Source: a virus (taxonomy: Duplodnaviria > Caudoviricetes). From it: a stretch of 64,000 nt of DNA. Each line of letters opens with the position of its first letter. Position 1 is the stretch's first letter. This document shows, one piece after another, positions 32,628-41,723 of the stretch. Where the stretch lies: positions 32,001 through 96,000 of the IMG/VR virus record IMGVR_UViG_2974778606_000001. One strand, 5' to 3'. Position numbers and translations under genes: made by a program. The notes under the pieces are model-generated. The model ran no database searches and had not been told where the DNA came from. It saw nothing but the letters and a program-made list of their open reading frames with translations.

Positions 32628-32909
32628 TTGATTTGCGCCTACGGAGAATGCGGTAACATGTTTGAGCCCAAGACTCATAATCAGAAGTTTTGCAGCTCAG
32701 CATGTTGCCGTAAGGCGACCAACGCAAGAATCATGGAGAAGTACTACGCTCGTCGAGCACGTCAAAAGGGAATTGCAAGAACGTGTTCAAGCTGCCCCAC
32801 AGTCCTCTCCAGATACAACAGCTCAGACAAATGCGAGGGCTGTAAAGCGGAGCAGCGCCGGAAGGAACGAGTGCAACTATTGGAGTTGATTGACAGTGTC
32901 TCTGTCTGA
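32628..32909 (+). CDS. Cys-rich Zn-finger protein
   Basis: Several CxxC pairs, QKFCS..C. Confidence 0.7.
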   Translation: MICAYGECGNMFEPKTHNQKFCSSACCRKATNARIMEKYYARRARQKGIARTCSSCPTVLSRYNSSDKCEGCKAEQRRKERVQLLELIDSVSV

Positions 32910-33462
32910 CCTACATAAGACAAAGGCTCAAAGGGTCATGGGAATTGACTGCTCAACCAAATCCATAGCATTCACTATTTTTGATGGAGAGAATTTCCTC
33001 AAGTGTGGAGAGGTTTTCTTCCATGGAGATACAGTTTTCGAAAGAGTGCATGATGCGAACGTGAAGACTTTGGCACTCTTCGAAAGTTTCTCTCCAGATT
33101 TTGTTGCAATTGAAGCAGCCATTATGGTTCGAAGCACATCAGTTGCTATTAAGATGGCTTATGTGTTTGGTGCCGTGATTGCTGCTCTCTTGAAAAAGGG
33201 AGCAAGGGTAATTGAAGTATCACCTATCTCATGGCAGTCTTTCATTGGTAACAAGAATCTAACTCTGGCAGAGAAGAATGCTATAAAGAAGGAATTTCCT
33301 GGTAAGTCTGTAAGCTGGTATCAGAACAAGGGCAGGCAAATCAGGAAGCAGCGAACCATCGACTTTGCCAAGAATCAGTTTGGCATTGAGCTTGAAAGCG
33401 ATAACGTAGCTGACTCATTGGGTATTGCCTGGTGGGCAGTGCAGAATAAGACTAGGAGATAA
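32890..33462 (+). CDS. RuvC-like resolvase
   Basis: MGID, VAIE, DNVADS acidic residues. Confidence 0.85.
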   Translation: MTVSLSDLHKTKAQRVMGIDCSTKSIAFTIFDGENFLKCGEVFFHGDTVFERVHDANVKTLALFESFSPDFVAIEAAIMVRSTSVAIKMAYVFGAVIAALLKKGARVIEVSPISWQSFIGNKNLTLAEKNAIKKEFPGKSVSWYQNKGRQIRKQRTIDFAKNQFGIELESDNVADSLGIAWWAVQNKTRR

Positions 33463-33464
33463 GC

Positions 33465-33926
33465 ATGATTGTTGCGGGAACAGGTCATCGAGAGCTGAGG
33501 GACCGTGACTGGATTGCTGCTCAAACTGAGAGGGCCCTCATCGATATGGGGGCCTCTTTGGTTTATACGGGCATGGCATCTGGTTTCGACCTGCTATTGG
33601 CTAAAACGGCCTGGGGTCTAGGGATTCCTTTTATTGCTGCAAAGCCATGGAGGGGTCATACGCCTCGTGTGGCAGACCAGTACGACTACTACAGGGCGCT
33701 TGAGCTGGCTCAGGATGTCGTCAACGTATTGCCAAATGATGACTACCCTGGAGCATGGGCTTACCAAAAGCGCAATGAGTACATGGTCGATAACGCAGAA
33801 AGTGTGCTCGCCCTGCTTGAGGCCGGTAAAAAGGGTGGCACATATAACTGCTTGAAGTACGCCTCTGGTAAAATGCCTATTAAGGTAATTGACCCATTGA
33901 TGAAGGAGGTGTGGGATGTCGAATAG
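33465..33926 (+). CDS. SLOG-family protein (YspA/DprA-like)
   Basis: TGHR, TGMASGFD, KRNEYMVD, GGT. Confidence 0.85.
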   Translation: MIVAGTGHRELRDRDWIAAQTERALIDMGASLVYTGMASGFDLLLAKTAWGLGIPFIAAKPWRGHTPRVADQYDYYRALELAQDVVNVLPNDDYPGAWAYQKRNEYMVDNAESVLALLEAGKKGGTYNCLKYASGKMPIKVIDPLMKEVWDVE

Positions 33927-34068
33927 TCTGTATAAGAGCAAGGCTTGGTTGCAATCTCGATATCGTACCAAGACTGCTGCTCAAATCGCTGAGGAATGCG
34001 GCGTGTCAGAGATGACCATCACTCGCTACCTTGAGCTATATCAAATCAAAAGAAGGAGAAGCAGGTGA
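33916..34068 (+). CDS. Small HTH protein, 50 aa (not in ORF track)
   Basis: GGAGG RBS; TAAQIAEECGVSEMTITRYL. Confidence 0.75.
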   Translation: MSNSLYKSKAWLQSRYRTKTAAQIAEECGVSEMTITRYLELYQIKRRRSR

Positions 34069-34835
34069 AGTATTTCTCACGTGAAGATGTTGAGAATATA
34101 GGTAAGGCAGGAGCCATGTTCGAAGAGGATGAGCATGGTATAAGGTTCAGAATGCTCAGCAGTTTCTGGATGTATGCAGAAGATGATGATGAGGCAATGA
34201 CTCCTCATTTCAAGAACGGACTTTGTTTCTGGGAAAGCTGGGTGACAAAGTACATCAGTGAACGAGTTCCGGCAGGAGCATACTTCGTTGATGTCGGTGC
34301 AAACGTAGGCTACTATTCATTGTGGGCAGCAGCTCATGGATGTAATGTCATTGCCTATGAGCCAAACAAGCACCTGGTGCAAATGCTGGAAAACTCTGCC
34401 AAGGCCAATGGGATGTATATTGAGGTATTCCCTTGGGCGCTTTCTGACAAGAATGGCAAGATGAATCTGTATGTTCCAGAACATCATTCTGGAGCTGGCA
34501 GCCTGCACCACAAGCTTGGTAAGAAGACTGCTGTCAATGTCCAGAAGTTCGATGATTCATATCAGTTCGAGCCTGGTGCAGATGTCTATATGAAGATTGA
34601 TGCTGAGGGTGCTGAGCCATTTATTTGGGCCGGTATGCAGAAGGCATGGGAAACCTACAACATGGTAGTCTTCATGGAATGGTCCAGCGCTCGGTACTCA
34701 GAAGCCTTTGGAAAGCGTCTGCTTGACGCAGCCAAGGTCAGTCTGATACAGTACGATGGAACTGCAACAGAGGTGTCTGAGAAAGAACTACTCGACATCA
34801 ACGACATCAGAATGATTGTTTTGGAGCGCAAGTGA
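34065..34835 (+). CDS. FkbM-family SAM methyltransferase
   Basis: VDVGANVGYYS, YEPN, MKIDAEGAE. Confidence 0.88.
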   Translation: MKYFSREDVENIGKAGAMFEEDEHGIRFRMLSSFWMYAEDDDEAMTPHFKNGLCFWESWVTKYISERVPAGAYFVDVGANVGYYSLWAAAHGCNVIAYEPNKHLVQMLENSAKANGMYIEVFPWALSDKNGKMNLYVPEHHSGAGSLHHKLGKKTAVNVQKFDDSYQFEPGADVYMKIDAEGAEPFIWAGMQKAWETYNMVVFMEWSSARYSEAFGKRLLDAAKVSLIQYDGTATEVSEKELLDINDIRMIVLERK

Positions 34836-35452
34836 TTAAGATTGGCATGATGGGCTCTCAAGGAACAGGAAAGACTTCGATGGCAGAGGCTATGAAAAAT
34901 AGCCCTGCCTTCAGTCTTTTCAGGACAGTTCCGTCAACGGCCCGGCAGATAAAGGCGTATGGCTATCCTATCAATAGAGAAGCTACAGAGCTAAGTCAGA
35001 TTCTCGTTCCCCTTCTTCGAATTATCGATGAAGCAGAGGCGATGACTGATACTCACAATAGAATGTATAAGCAGGGACTAATTTCTGACCGAACGCTGGT
35101 CGACTCCCTTGCATACACAATGTATCAGTCTGCTAATGTGTGGGACAATGGAGAATTCATTGGGCATGTCACGTATCGTCTGACACAGATGTACATGAGG
35201 ACATACTCTCTTCTACTCTACTTCCCCATCTATTGGGCTAATGTGGATGATGGAGTTCGAGACCCTGACGAGAAGTACCGACGAGAAATCGACAACAACA
35301 TAAAGACAGTCCTGGAAATGTTGGATGTTCCCTATTTCACAGTTCCGAACGTCTCTCCTCAAATGCGTGTGAACTGGCTTGTTGACAAGCTAGATATTCA
35401 GCGTGAGGAAGAGGCTCGGAAGTGGATGGAAATCTTTCAGGGCATGCTATAA
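34832..35452 (+). CDS. P-loop nucleotide kinase (NadR/AAA_28-like)
   Basis: GSQGTGKTS, SDRTLVD, DDGVR. Confidence 0.8.
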   Translation: MIKIGMMGSQGTGKTSMAEAMKNSPAFSLFRTVPSTARQIKAYGYPINREATELSQILVPLLRIIDEAEAMTDTHNRMYKQGLISDRTLVDSLAYTMYQSANVWDNGEFIGHVTYRLTQMYMRTYSLLLYFPIYWANVDDGVRDPDEKYRREIDNNIKTVLEMLDVPYFTVPNVSPQMRVNWLVDKLDIQREEEARKWMEIFQGML

Positions 35453-35476
35453 TTATCTTGAAAGTGAGGAGATACT

Positions 35477-35797
35477 ATGGGAACACCGACACGAAGGCGC
35501 TCTAAGGAAAAGAATCCAGATAGCTGGTGGCAAGGAGCGTATGCCGGAATCCCACACATCATCGCTTCATATGAATTTGAACTAAATGGTGACAGCATTA
35601 CGCCAAAGGCTCTCATCAAGTTCAAGAATACGCGAGGCTCTTACAAATTCCGATGTGTGGCAACCAATACAAGGACTGGCAAAACCTGGATTGACTGCAT
35701 CAATGCAGACACAGGCGAATGGAAGTCTTTCTATGTGGAGAAGCTTAAGGGACTTGTAAAGCCAAGGCGTCCACGTAGAAGGAGAAGGGTTGCCTAA
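35477..35797 (+). CDS. Hypothetical basic protein
   Basis: GAGGAG RBS; TGCTATAAT upstream. Confidence 0.7.
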   Translation: MGTPTRRRSKEKNPDSWWQGAYAGIPHIIASYEFELNGDSITPKALIKFKNTRGSYKFRCVATNTRTGKTWIDCINADTGEWKSFYVEKLKGLVKPRRPRRRRRVA

Positions 35798-36317
35798 AGA
35801 ACTAGACCAGCTAGACAGAATTGAACAGATGAATTCTGTTGTGGCTGCTCATCTGAAGGGCGACAATCCGACCGCAATTGCCCGGAATACGGGAATGAAG
35901 CGTGCCCAAGTACTCGAATATATAGACGAGTGGAAGGCACTGGCTGCAAACAATAAGACAATTCAGGCTCGTGCAACAGAGGCCCTTACAGGCATGGACG
36001 AGCACTTCTCAATGATTATCAGAGAACTCTGGGGAGTCCTGGAGGAAGCTGATATGAATAATGACCTCAAGACCAAGACAACCGTCTTGAAGAATCTTGC
36101 TGATGTTGAGGGAAAGAGAGTTGACCTTCTTCAGAAGGCTGGCCTGCTTGACAATCAGCAGATTGGAGATGAGGTTATTGAGATGGAGAGGAAGCATGAA
36201 ATTCTTATTAGCATTCTCCGTGAAGTGACCTCAGAATGTCCTCACTGTAAGGTGGAAGTAGCACGCAGACTGAGCCGAGTGACCGATAAAGCCGAAACGA
36301 TTGTCGTCCCGAATTGA
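35790..36317 (+). CDS. HTH protein, probable terminase small subunit
   Basis: N-terminal HTH, helical body, directly upstream of large terminase. Confidence 0.6.
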   Translation: MPKELDQLDRIEQMNSVVAAHLKGDNPTAIARNTGMKRAQVLEYIDEWKALAANNKTIQARATEALTGMDEHFSMIIRELWGVLEEADMNNDLKTKTTVLKNLADVEGKRVDLLQKAGLLDNQQIGDEVIEMERKHEILISILREVTSECPHCKVEVARRLSRVTDKAETIVVPN

Positions 36318-36362
36318 TTAAACCCCTTCATGATATACTTTTATCAATGAAGGGGTTTAATT

Positions 36363-38183
36363 TTGTCAACTGATTTTGCTGAGTTCTTCAATGCGTTGTC
36401 TGACGATGACTTTGAAGAAATTCCGGTAGATATTGAGGTCTTCGTACAGAGCGAAGACTATCTTGGCATGCCTCATTTGTCTGAGTATCAGTACCAGCTT
36501 ATCAGGGCATCCAGCCAGATTTACAAGCACAGCACTCTGCACAATCTATATGACGCAGAGAGGGCGGAACGAAGATGGAAAGAAACATGCAATGAGGTAA
36601 TCGCCTGTCTGGGTAAGGGTAGCGGAAAGGACTTTACGTCCACCATTGCCTGTGCCTACATTGTTTATTTGCTTCTGTGTCTCCGTAATCCAGCCAAGTA
36701 TTTTGGAAAGCCTGTAGGCGACTCCATCGACATCCTGAACATTGCTATCAACGCAGCTCAGGCCAACAACGTATTCTTCAAGGGTTTCAAGAGTCGTATT
36801 GAGGGCTCTCCTTGGTTTGTAGGAAAGTACACGACCAAGGCTGGTCACATTGCTTTCGACAAAAACATCAATGTGTATTCAGGCCACTCAGAGCGAGAGG
36901 CTTGGGAGGGCTACAATCTCATCTATTGCGTACTTGACGAGATTTCCGGTTTTGCACTAGACTCCACGTCAGGAAACGAGCAGGCCAAGACTGCTGACGC
37001 TGTCTATAAGATGTATCGAGCATCTGTGGACTCTCGATTCCCGCAGGAAGGAAAGGTAGTTCTACTATCATTCCCTCGATTTAAGAACGACTTTATCTCA
37101 CAGAGATATGACGCGGTAGTTGCGGAAAAGGAAGTCATAGAACGTAGTCACACATTCAAGCTAGACCCTGAACTACCTGATGAGATTGAAGAGAACAAGT
37201 TCACCATCAAGTGGGAAGAGGACCACATTGTTTCCTACAATGTGCCTCGTGTCTATGCATTGAAGCGTCCTACATGGGATGTCAATCCTACTCGTAAGAT
37301 TGAAGACTTTACGACTGCATTCTTTACCGACCCAATTGACGCACTTTCTCGATTCGCCTGTATGCCACCTGACGCAATCGACGCTTTCTTCAAGGACAGA
37401 GAGAAGGTAGAAGCTGTCTTTGTAAGACCTAATGGCGTTGATGAAGACGGCACATATCGTGCAGACTTTACACCAAAGGAAGGTGTGCGCTACTATGTAC
37501 ATGTAGACCTTGCGCAGAAGCACGACCACTGTGCTGTAGCACTTGCGCATGTTGAAAAGTTTGTACAGAAAAAGATTGGTGGTCAACTGAATGAGGTGCT
37601 TCCTTATGTAGTTGTTGACGCTGTCCGATGGTGGACACCAAAGCCTGGCAAGGATATTGACTTTGCCGATGTAAGAGACTATATTACAGGACTGAAGCGA
37701 AGAGGTTTCGACCTCAAGCTAGTTACATTTGACCGTTGGAATTCCAACGACCAAATCAAATATCTGCGTGGTGCAGGCATCAGTTCAGAAGTCTTGTCTG
37801 TTGCAAAGAAGCATTACGAAGACTTGAGCTGGGTTATCTATGACCAGAGAATTATGGGTCCAGATATCCCATTGCTCAGGAAAGAATTGCTTCAGCTACG
37901 TATCATGCCAAATGACAAAATTGACCACCCTAGAACGGGGTCAAAGGACTTGGCGGATGCTACGTGTGGAGCAGTTCACAATGCAATCACATATACGCCA
38001 CGTGATGACTATGGTACCATCGAGGTACAGACATACGAGTCAATTCGACGTGCTGAGATTGAGGCACGCAAGGAGGCCCTTGACATCGAGCGTGAACGTG
38101 ATAATGTGATTGAAGCACCTCGTGAGAAGAGGGTTATGCCAGATGAGCTGGCTGACTATCTCACGAAACTTGAAATCATATGA
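36363..38183 (+). CDS. Terminase large subunit
   Basis: GKGSGKD, VLDE, HVDLA...D, FDRWNS, KDLADA. Confidence 0.9.
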   Translation: MSTDFAEFFNALSDDDFEEIPVDIEVFVQSEDYLGMPHLSEYQYQLIRASSQIYKHSTLHNLYDAERAERRWKETCNEVIACLGKGSGKDFTSTIACAYIVYLLLCLRNPAKYFGKPVGDSIDILNIAINAAQANNVFFKGFKSRIEGSPWFVGKYTTKAGHIAFDKNINVYSGHSEREAWEGYNLIYCVLDEISGFALDSTSGNEQAKTADAVYKMYRASVDSRFPQEGKVVLLSFPRFKNDFISQRYDAVVAEKEVIERSHTFKLDPELPDEIEENKFTIKWEEDHIVSYNVPRVYALKRPTWDVNPTRKIEDFTTAFFTDPIDALSRFACMPPDAIDAFFKDREKVEAVFVRPNGVDEDGTYRADFTPKEGVRYYVHVDLAQKHDHCAVALAHVEKFVQKKIGGQLNEVLPYVVVDAVRWWTPKPGKDIDFADVRDYITGLKRRGFDLKLVTFDRWNSNDQIKYLRGAGISSEVLSVAKKHYEDLSWVIYDQRIMGPDIPLLRKELLQLRIMPNDKIDHPRTGSKDLADATCGAVHNAITYTPRDDYGTIEVQTYESIRRAEIEARKEALDIERERDNVIEAPREKRVMPDELADYLTKLEII

Positions 38184-38196
38184 CCGGAGGTATGCC

Positions 38197-38733
38197 ATGC
38201 CTGATTTAAAGCGTAAGCCGAAGGGAATCTCACGCGCTGAGATTTCTGAGATACTGGCAAAGCGCGACGGTTTCATATGTCAATACCCAGGCTGTGACCT
38301 TCCATTTACGAAGGATAACGGACCTACCATCGACCACTGGATTCCTTTGAGCGGTGGAGGTACATGGGATATGGACAACTTGAAGCTGATGCACAAGAAG
38401 TGCAACTCTGCAAAGGGTGACCGACTACCACTTGACGACGGTACGTTGCCTGTGATAGAAAGGAAGCCTAGGGTCAGCCGAGCCATCAAGCGAAGCGAAC
38501 GACCTGAAGTCTGTGAGCGCTGCCAGTCTGGTAGGTCGCTCGGCCCGGAAGAGGAATGTGACCAATGCGGTAGCGGTCCGATGCCCCCAAGGTATCCTCA
38601 ATGGGCTAAGGTGAAGCCAAACGAATGTACGCACGAAGGCATCTGGTGGTGCTGGTGCTGTATGAGCGGTGTGGTTGACAGAGTGCCAGCCAGTAAGATA
38701 GTTTTTGATGGAGGAGAGCCGGGGATAGACTAG
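38197..38733 (+). CDS. HNH endonuclease
   Basis: RDGFICQY...TIDHWIP...GG...NL...CN..K; GGAGG RBS. Confidence 0.85.
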   Translation: MPDLKRKPKGISRAEISEILAKRDGFICQYPGCDLPFTKDNGPTIDHWIPLSGGGTWDMDNLKLMHKKCNSAKGDRLPLDDGTLPVIERKPRVSRAIKRSERPEVCERCQSGRSLGPEEECDQCGSGPMPPRYPQWAKVKPNECTHEGIWWCWCCMSGVVDRVPASKIVFDGGEPGID

Positions 38734-38760
38734 TCCCCGGCACCTCTAAAAAGGAGAGTA

Positions 38761-39363
38761 ATGACTGATGTAGATATTGTACTGATTGTAGACCGTTCTG
38801 GTAGCATGGCTACTATCCAGATGGAAGCAGAAACGGCCATCAATCAGTTTCTCAAGGACCAGAAGGAACTTGAGGGTGACGTGTTCGTTACTTTCGTGCA
38901 ATTCGACAACAAGTATGAGCAGGTTTTTGAGAAGGTGAATCTTCCCAATGTTCCTCGTGTGGAGATTACTCCTCGCGGCATGACTGCCCTGCTTGACGCA
39001 ATCGGTCGAACCGTAGTGAACTATGTTCCACGAACTGAGAAGACTATCTACGTCATCATGACTGATGGCCTGGAGAATGCTTCTCAGGAGTGGACAAATG
39101 ATGCGGTCAAGAATCTGATTGAAGAAGAAAAGCAGCACGGAAGTGAGTTTGTCTATCTTGGTGCAAATCAAGATGCTGTATCTGTAGGTGCTAAGATGGG
39201 AATTCCCGTTGCAAGCAGCCTAACATTTGCGGCAGACAAGCAGGGGCTTGACGCAGTATCTCGAAGTATGACAAGCTACGTATCAGCGACTCGCTCTGGA
39301 CTCGCATATGAGTTCACCGATGAGGACCGCAAGAACGCTACTGGCTTGACAGACGAAGAGTGA
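38761..39363 (+). CDS. vWA domain protein
   Basis: DRSGSM MIDAS, TALLDA, MTDGLENAS. Confidence 0.9.
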   Translation: MTDVDIVLIVDRSGSMATIQMEAETAINQFLKDQKELEGDVFVTFVQFDNKYEQVFEKVNLPNVPRVEITPRGMTALLDAIGRTVVNYVPRTEKTIYVIMTDGLENASQEWTNDAVKNLIEEEKQHGSEFVYLGANQDAVSVGAKMGIPVASSLTFAADKQGLDAVSRSMTSYVSATRSGLAYEFTDEDRKNATGLTDEE

Positions 39364-39374
39364 GCTGCTAAAGT
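39346..39374 (+). promoter_or_regulatory. Promoter heading the RNA gene region
   Basis: TTGACA-N17-TAAAGT; predicted start near 39381 matches the Y-like RNA 5' end. Confidence 0.75.
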
Positions 39375-39380
39375 AGTAAA

Positions 39381-39470
39381 TGTGGGTCGAACGAGATTCG
39401 GTTATCTCAAACAATTGGTGATTGAATCGCCCCGTGCAGGGGCTCTCCGAAGCTCAAATATTTATCCACA
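39381..39470 (+). ncRNA. Y-RNA-like RNA 1
   Basis: TGTGGGT/ATCCACA terminal stem, GTCGAACG motif, GAGATTCGG/CCGAAGCTC stem, TTATCT. Confidence 0.7.
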
Positions 39471-39474
39471 CAAT

Positions 39475-39545
39475 GCATCGGTAGTTTAATGGTAGAACGC
39501 CTGACTTCCAATCAGACAGCGCGGGTTCGATTCCCGCTCGGTGCT
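39475..39545 (+). tRNA. tRNA-Gly(TCC)
   Basis: Cloverleaf, loop CTTCCAA, U73. Confidence 0.92.
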
Positions 39546-39667
39546 CTGACTGTTCTCTTGAAGTGCCAGCATTAGCAGAGAGAATGCCGTTGGCGTCTGG
39601 CAACGCACGAATGGCGTCCGCTAGGTAGCACCTAGCAGGGAGAGGGCAATGTTTATCTCCCATACAT

Positions 39668-39738
39668 TCCCCTTTGGTGTAACGGCAACACAACAGACTC
39701 TGAATCTGTAGTTCCTAGTTCGAATCTAGGTTGGGGAG
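39668..39738 (+). tRNA. tRNA-Gln(CTG)
   Basis: ACAGA-CTCTGAA-TCTGT. Confidence 0.9.
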
Positions 39739-39945
39739 CTGGTCCGACTTCGTGATATCGGCGGAAATAACGGAACCGGAACTCACATAATAACCATGGT
39801 AAAAGTGAGGAATGGCGAAGGGAAATATGCGGGAAGCGTAGGGTAAAACCACCTCGGACCGACAACTTGAAGGTGAGCAGGTTGCATACTAGTTAGCGTA
39901 ATCGAACCTCCTGCATTAACATTGGCGTACTAACACCTTCAACAT

Positions 39946-40016
39946 ATGTCCTAAGTGTTACGGTAGCACGGAAGGCTCCAACCCTTCAAGCGTGGGTTCG
40001 ACTCCTACAGGACATG
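39946..40016 (+). tRNA. tRNA-Trp(CCA)
   Basis: GAAGG-CTCCAAC-CCTTC. Confidence 0.92.
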
Positions 40017-40063
40017 CTTAAAAGCCCCGACTTCGGTCGGGGCAAAACCATTTAGGAGGAAAG

Positions 40064-40573
40064 TTGGGATACTACACAGATTTCAGACTGAGTGTTGAAG
40101 GTTCTGGCCCGGTGTATGATAAGCTGATGGAGCAGAAGGATAAGGTCATCATCTCTCCTGGCGACTACGATTGGAATTTCGGCCGGTGGGTAAGTGACCA
40201 CTATACCGAAAATGCAAAGTGGTACGACTGGGAAAGTGACATGAAATCATTCTCTCTCGAATGGCCAAACGTTCTGTTCATCCTTGAGGGAAGTGGCGAG
40301 GAGCCTGGCGACATGTGGAAGGCATGGTTCAGAAATGGTGCCATGCGTAAGATTGAAGCCAAGATAGTCTTTGAGACTATCGACCCAGAGCTTGACAAGT
40401 ACCTTCCATACGACTATGATTTGGAGAAGAGGTTGGCCAAGAAGTACATGGACGACCTCAAGGAACGCAAGAAGTCTCTAGAAGCTGAGCTACACAGACT
40501 TCAGTCAATGCTTGACAACAGCGTCTCAGACGATGTAAGCTTCAAGAAGACGGGCGGCAAGGACAAGAGTTGA
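40064..40573 (+). CDS. Hypothetical protein
   Basis: AGGAGG RBS; 169 aa. Confidence 0.75.
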   Translation: MGYYTDFRLSVEGSGPVYDKLMEQKDKVIISPGDYDWNFGRWVSDHYTENAKWYDWESDMKSFSLEWPNVLFILEGSGEEPGDMWKAWFRNGAMRKIEAKIVFETIDPELDKYLPYDYDLEKRLAKKYMDDLKERKKSLEAELHRLQSMLDNSVSDDVSFKKTGGKDKS

Positions 40574-40598
40574 CACCGCCGAGAGCGTCTGCTAAGAT
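40570..40598 (+). promoter_or_regulatory. Sigma70/HrdB-type promoter
   Basis: TTGACA-N17-TAAGAT. Confidence 0.7.
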
Positions 40599-40629
40599 TA
40601 AGTACAACGCAGCAAGCGATTGCTGCTAT

Positions 40630-40701
40630 CAGGCACGGGGAAGATGGTAATCCGTTGGCTTTGGAAGCCTAAGACACTCGGTTCGATTCCGAGGTGCCTG
40701 A
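40630..40701 (+). tRNA. tRNA-Pro(TGG), atypical A37
   Basis: CAGGCAC/GTGCCTG acceptor; loop TTTGGAA. Confidence 0.82.
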
Positions 40702-40836
40702 CCGAATGTAGCTCCTAGGGGCTACACGTCCTGCGAGGGTGAGTGGTGGAGCGCCTGAATCTTGCGAGGTTCGGGACCGAGTTCGAGTCTCGGCACACTG
40801 CGTACTGGGGCTGATACGATAACTCAGCAAATACTT

Positions 40837-40910
40837 CGGGATGTGGCGCAGTTTGGTAGCGCGGTGCGTTTGGGGCGCAATGGTCGCAGGTTCGAATCCT
40901 GTCATCCCGA
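40837..40910 (+). tRNA. tRNA-Pro(TGG)
   Basis: CGGGATG/CATCCCG acceptor; loop TTTGGGG. Confidence 0.93.
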
Positions 40911-40913
40911 CAA

Positions 40914-41063
40914 TTTGGGTCGAAAGAAAACGGTTATCTTACACAATGGATAATAGGTTCGATTCCTATCTGTGCCGTAACAAGCACTGGTAAAGCCATC
41001 CGAGATGTGCGTGGTAGGATGGCATAAGGACTACGCTCTCTCCGTTCTCATCACTTACCTAAA
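40914..41063 (+). ncRNA. Y-RNA-like RNA 2 with T-arm
   Basis: TTTGGGT/ACCTAAA stem, GTCGAAAG, CGGTTATCT, ATAGG-TTCGATT-CCTAT T-arm, CTCCGTTCTCA. Confidence 0.72.
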
Positions 41064-41072
41064 GGATTTACT

Positions 41073-41594
41073 ATGACAGTACTTCTAAGGACAATCCACG
41101 GAAGCCATCTGTATGGCCTCGCTCACGCAGGGTCCGATAAGGATATCTACGAAGTCATTGCGACTAAGCGGACTGCGCGTAAGCGAAACATTAAGCAAAC
41201 CATCGTGGATGGAGTTGACAAAACGGTCGTAGACCTGTCAACATTCATGCATATGGTTGACGAATGCGTACCTCAAGCACTTGAAGCGCTATGGACGCCG
41301 GTCGCTGAGATTGATGAAATCCACGAATTCCGGACACAATATCGAGTGAATCGCGCCAAGATGAAGGAAGTATACATTCGAACCGCTCTGAACTTTGCCA
41401 AGCAAAATGATGTTAAGCGTAGGCGTCACGCCATCCGCTTGCTTCTGAACCTTGGTGCAGCATTGGAATACGGGAAGTTTAATCCCAGACTCTCCAATAT
41501 GGATAAGTTCATTCTCCGTTCATCACTCGGAGAATCTGGAGCATATGAGGACGTTTTTCTAGGCGTCCTTGATGAAGTACAAAAGTGGGTCTGA
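41073..41594 (+). CDS. Pol-beta-superfamily nucleotidyltransferase (RlaP-like)
   Basis: HGSHLYG.....SDKD motif. Confidence 0.82.
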   Translation: MTVLLRTIHGSHLYGLAHAGSDKDIYEVIATKRTARKRNIKQTIVDGVDKTVVDLSTFMHMVDECVPQALEALWTPVAEIDEIHEFRTQYRVNRAKMKEVYIRTALNFAKQNDVKRRRHAIRLLLNLGAALEYGKFNPRLSNMDKFILRSSLGESGAYEDVFLGVLDEVQKWV

Positions 41595-41611
41595 AAGACG
41601 GCTCACGCCAC

Positions 41612-41684
41612 TGGGCGGTGGCGAACCGGTGAACGCACCTCTCTGATAAGGAGGCATTGGAGGGTTCAACTCCCTCTCGCCCAA
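41612..41684 (+). tRNA. tRNA-Ile(GAT)
   Basis: CCTCT-CTGATAA-GGAGG. Confidence 0.88.
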
Positions 41685-41723
41685 CTGGTCTCAATGGTGA
41701 GACACTAACGAAATAACAATACA

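Noticed and set aside
22370-38183. Inteins or introns in DnaB, DnaE, RecA or terminase
   Set aside because: Lengths are normal, ORFs are continuous, and no intein motifs were seen
40024-40043. Terminator after tRNA-Trp
   Set aside because: Strong UUCG hairpin but followed by A residues on the + strand; role unclear
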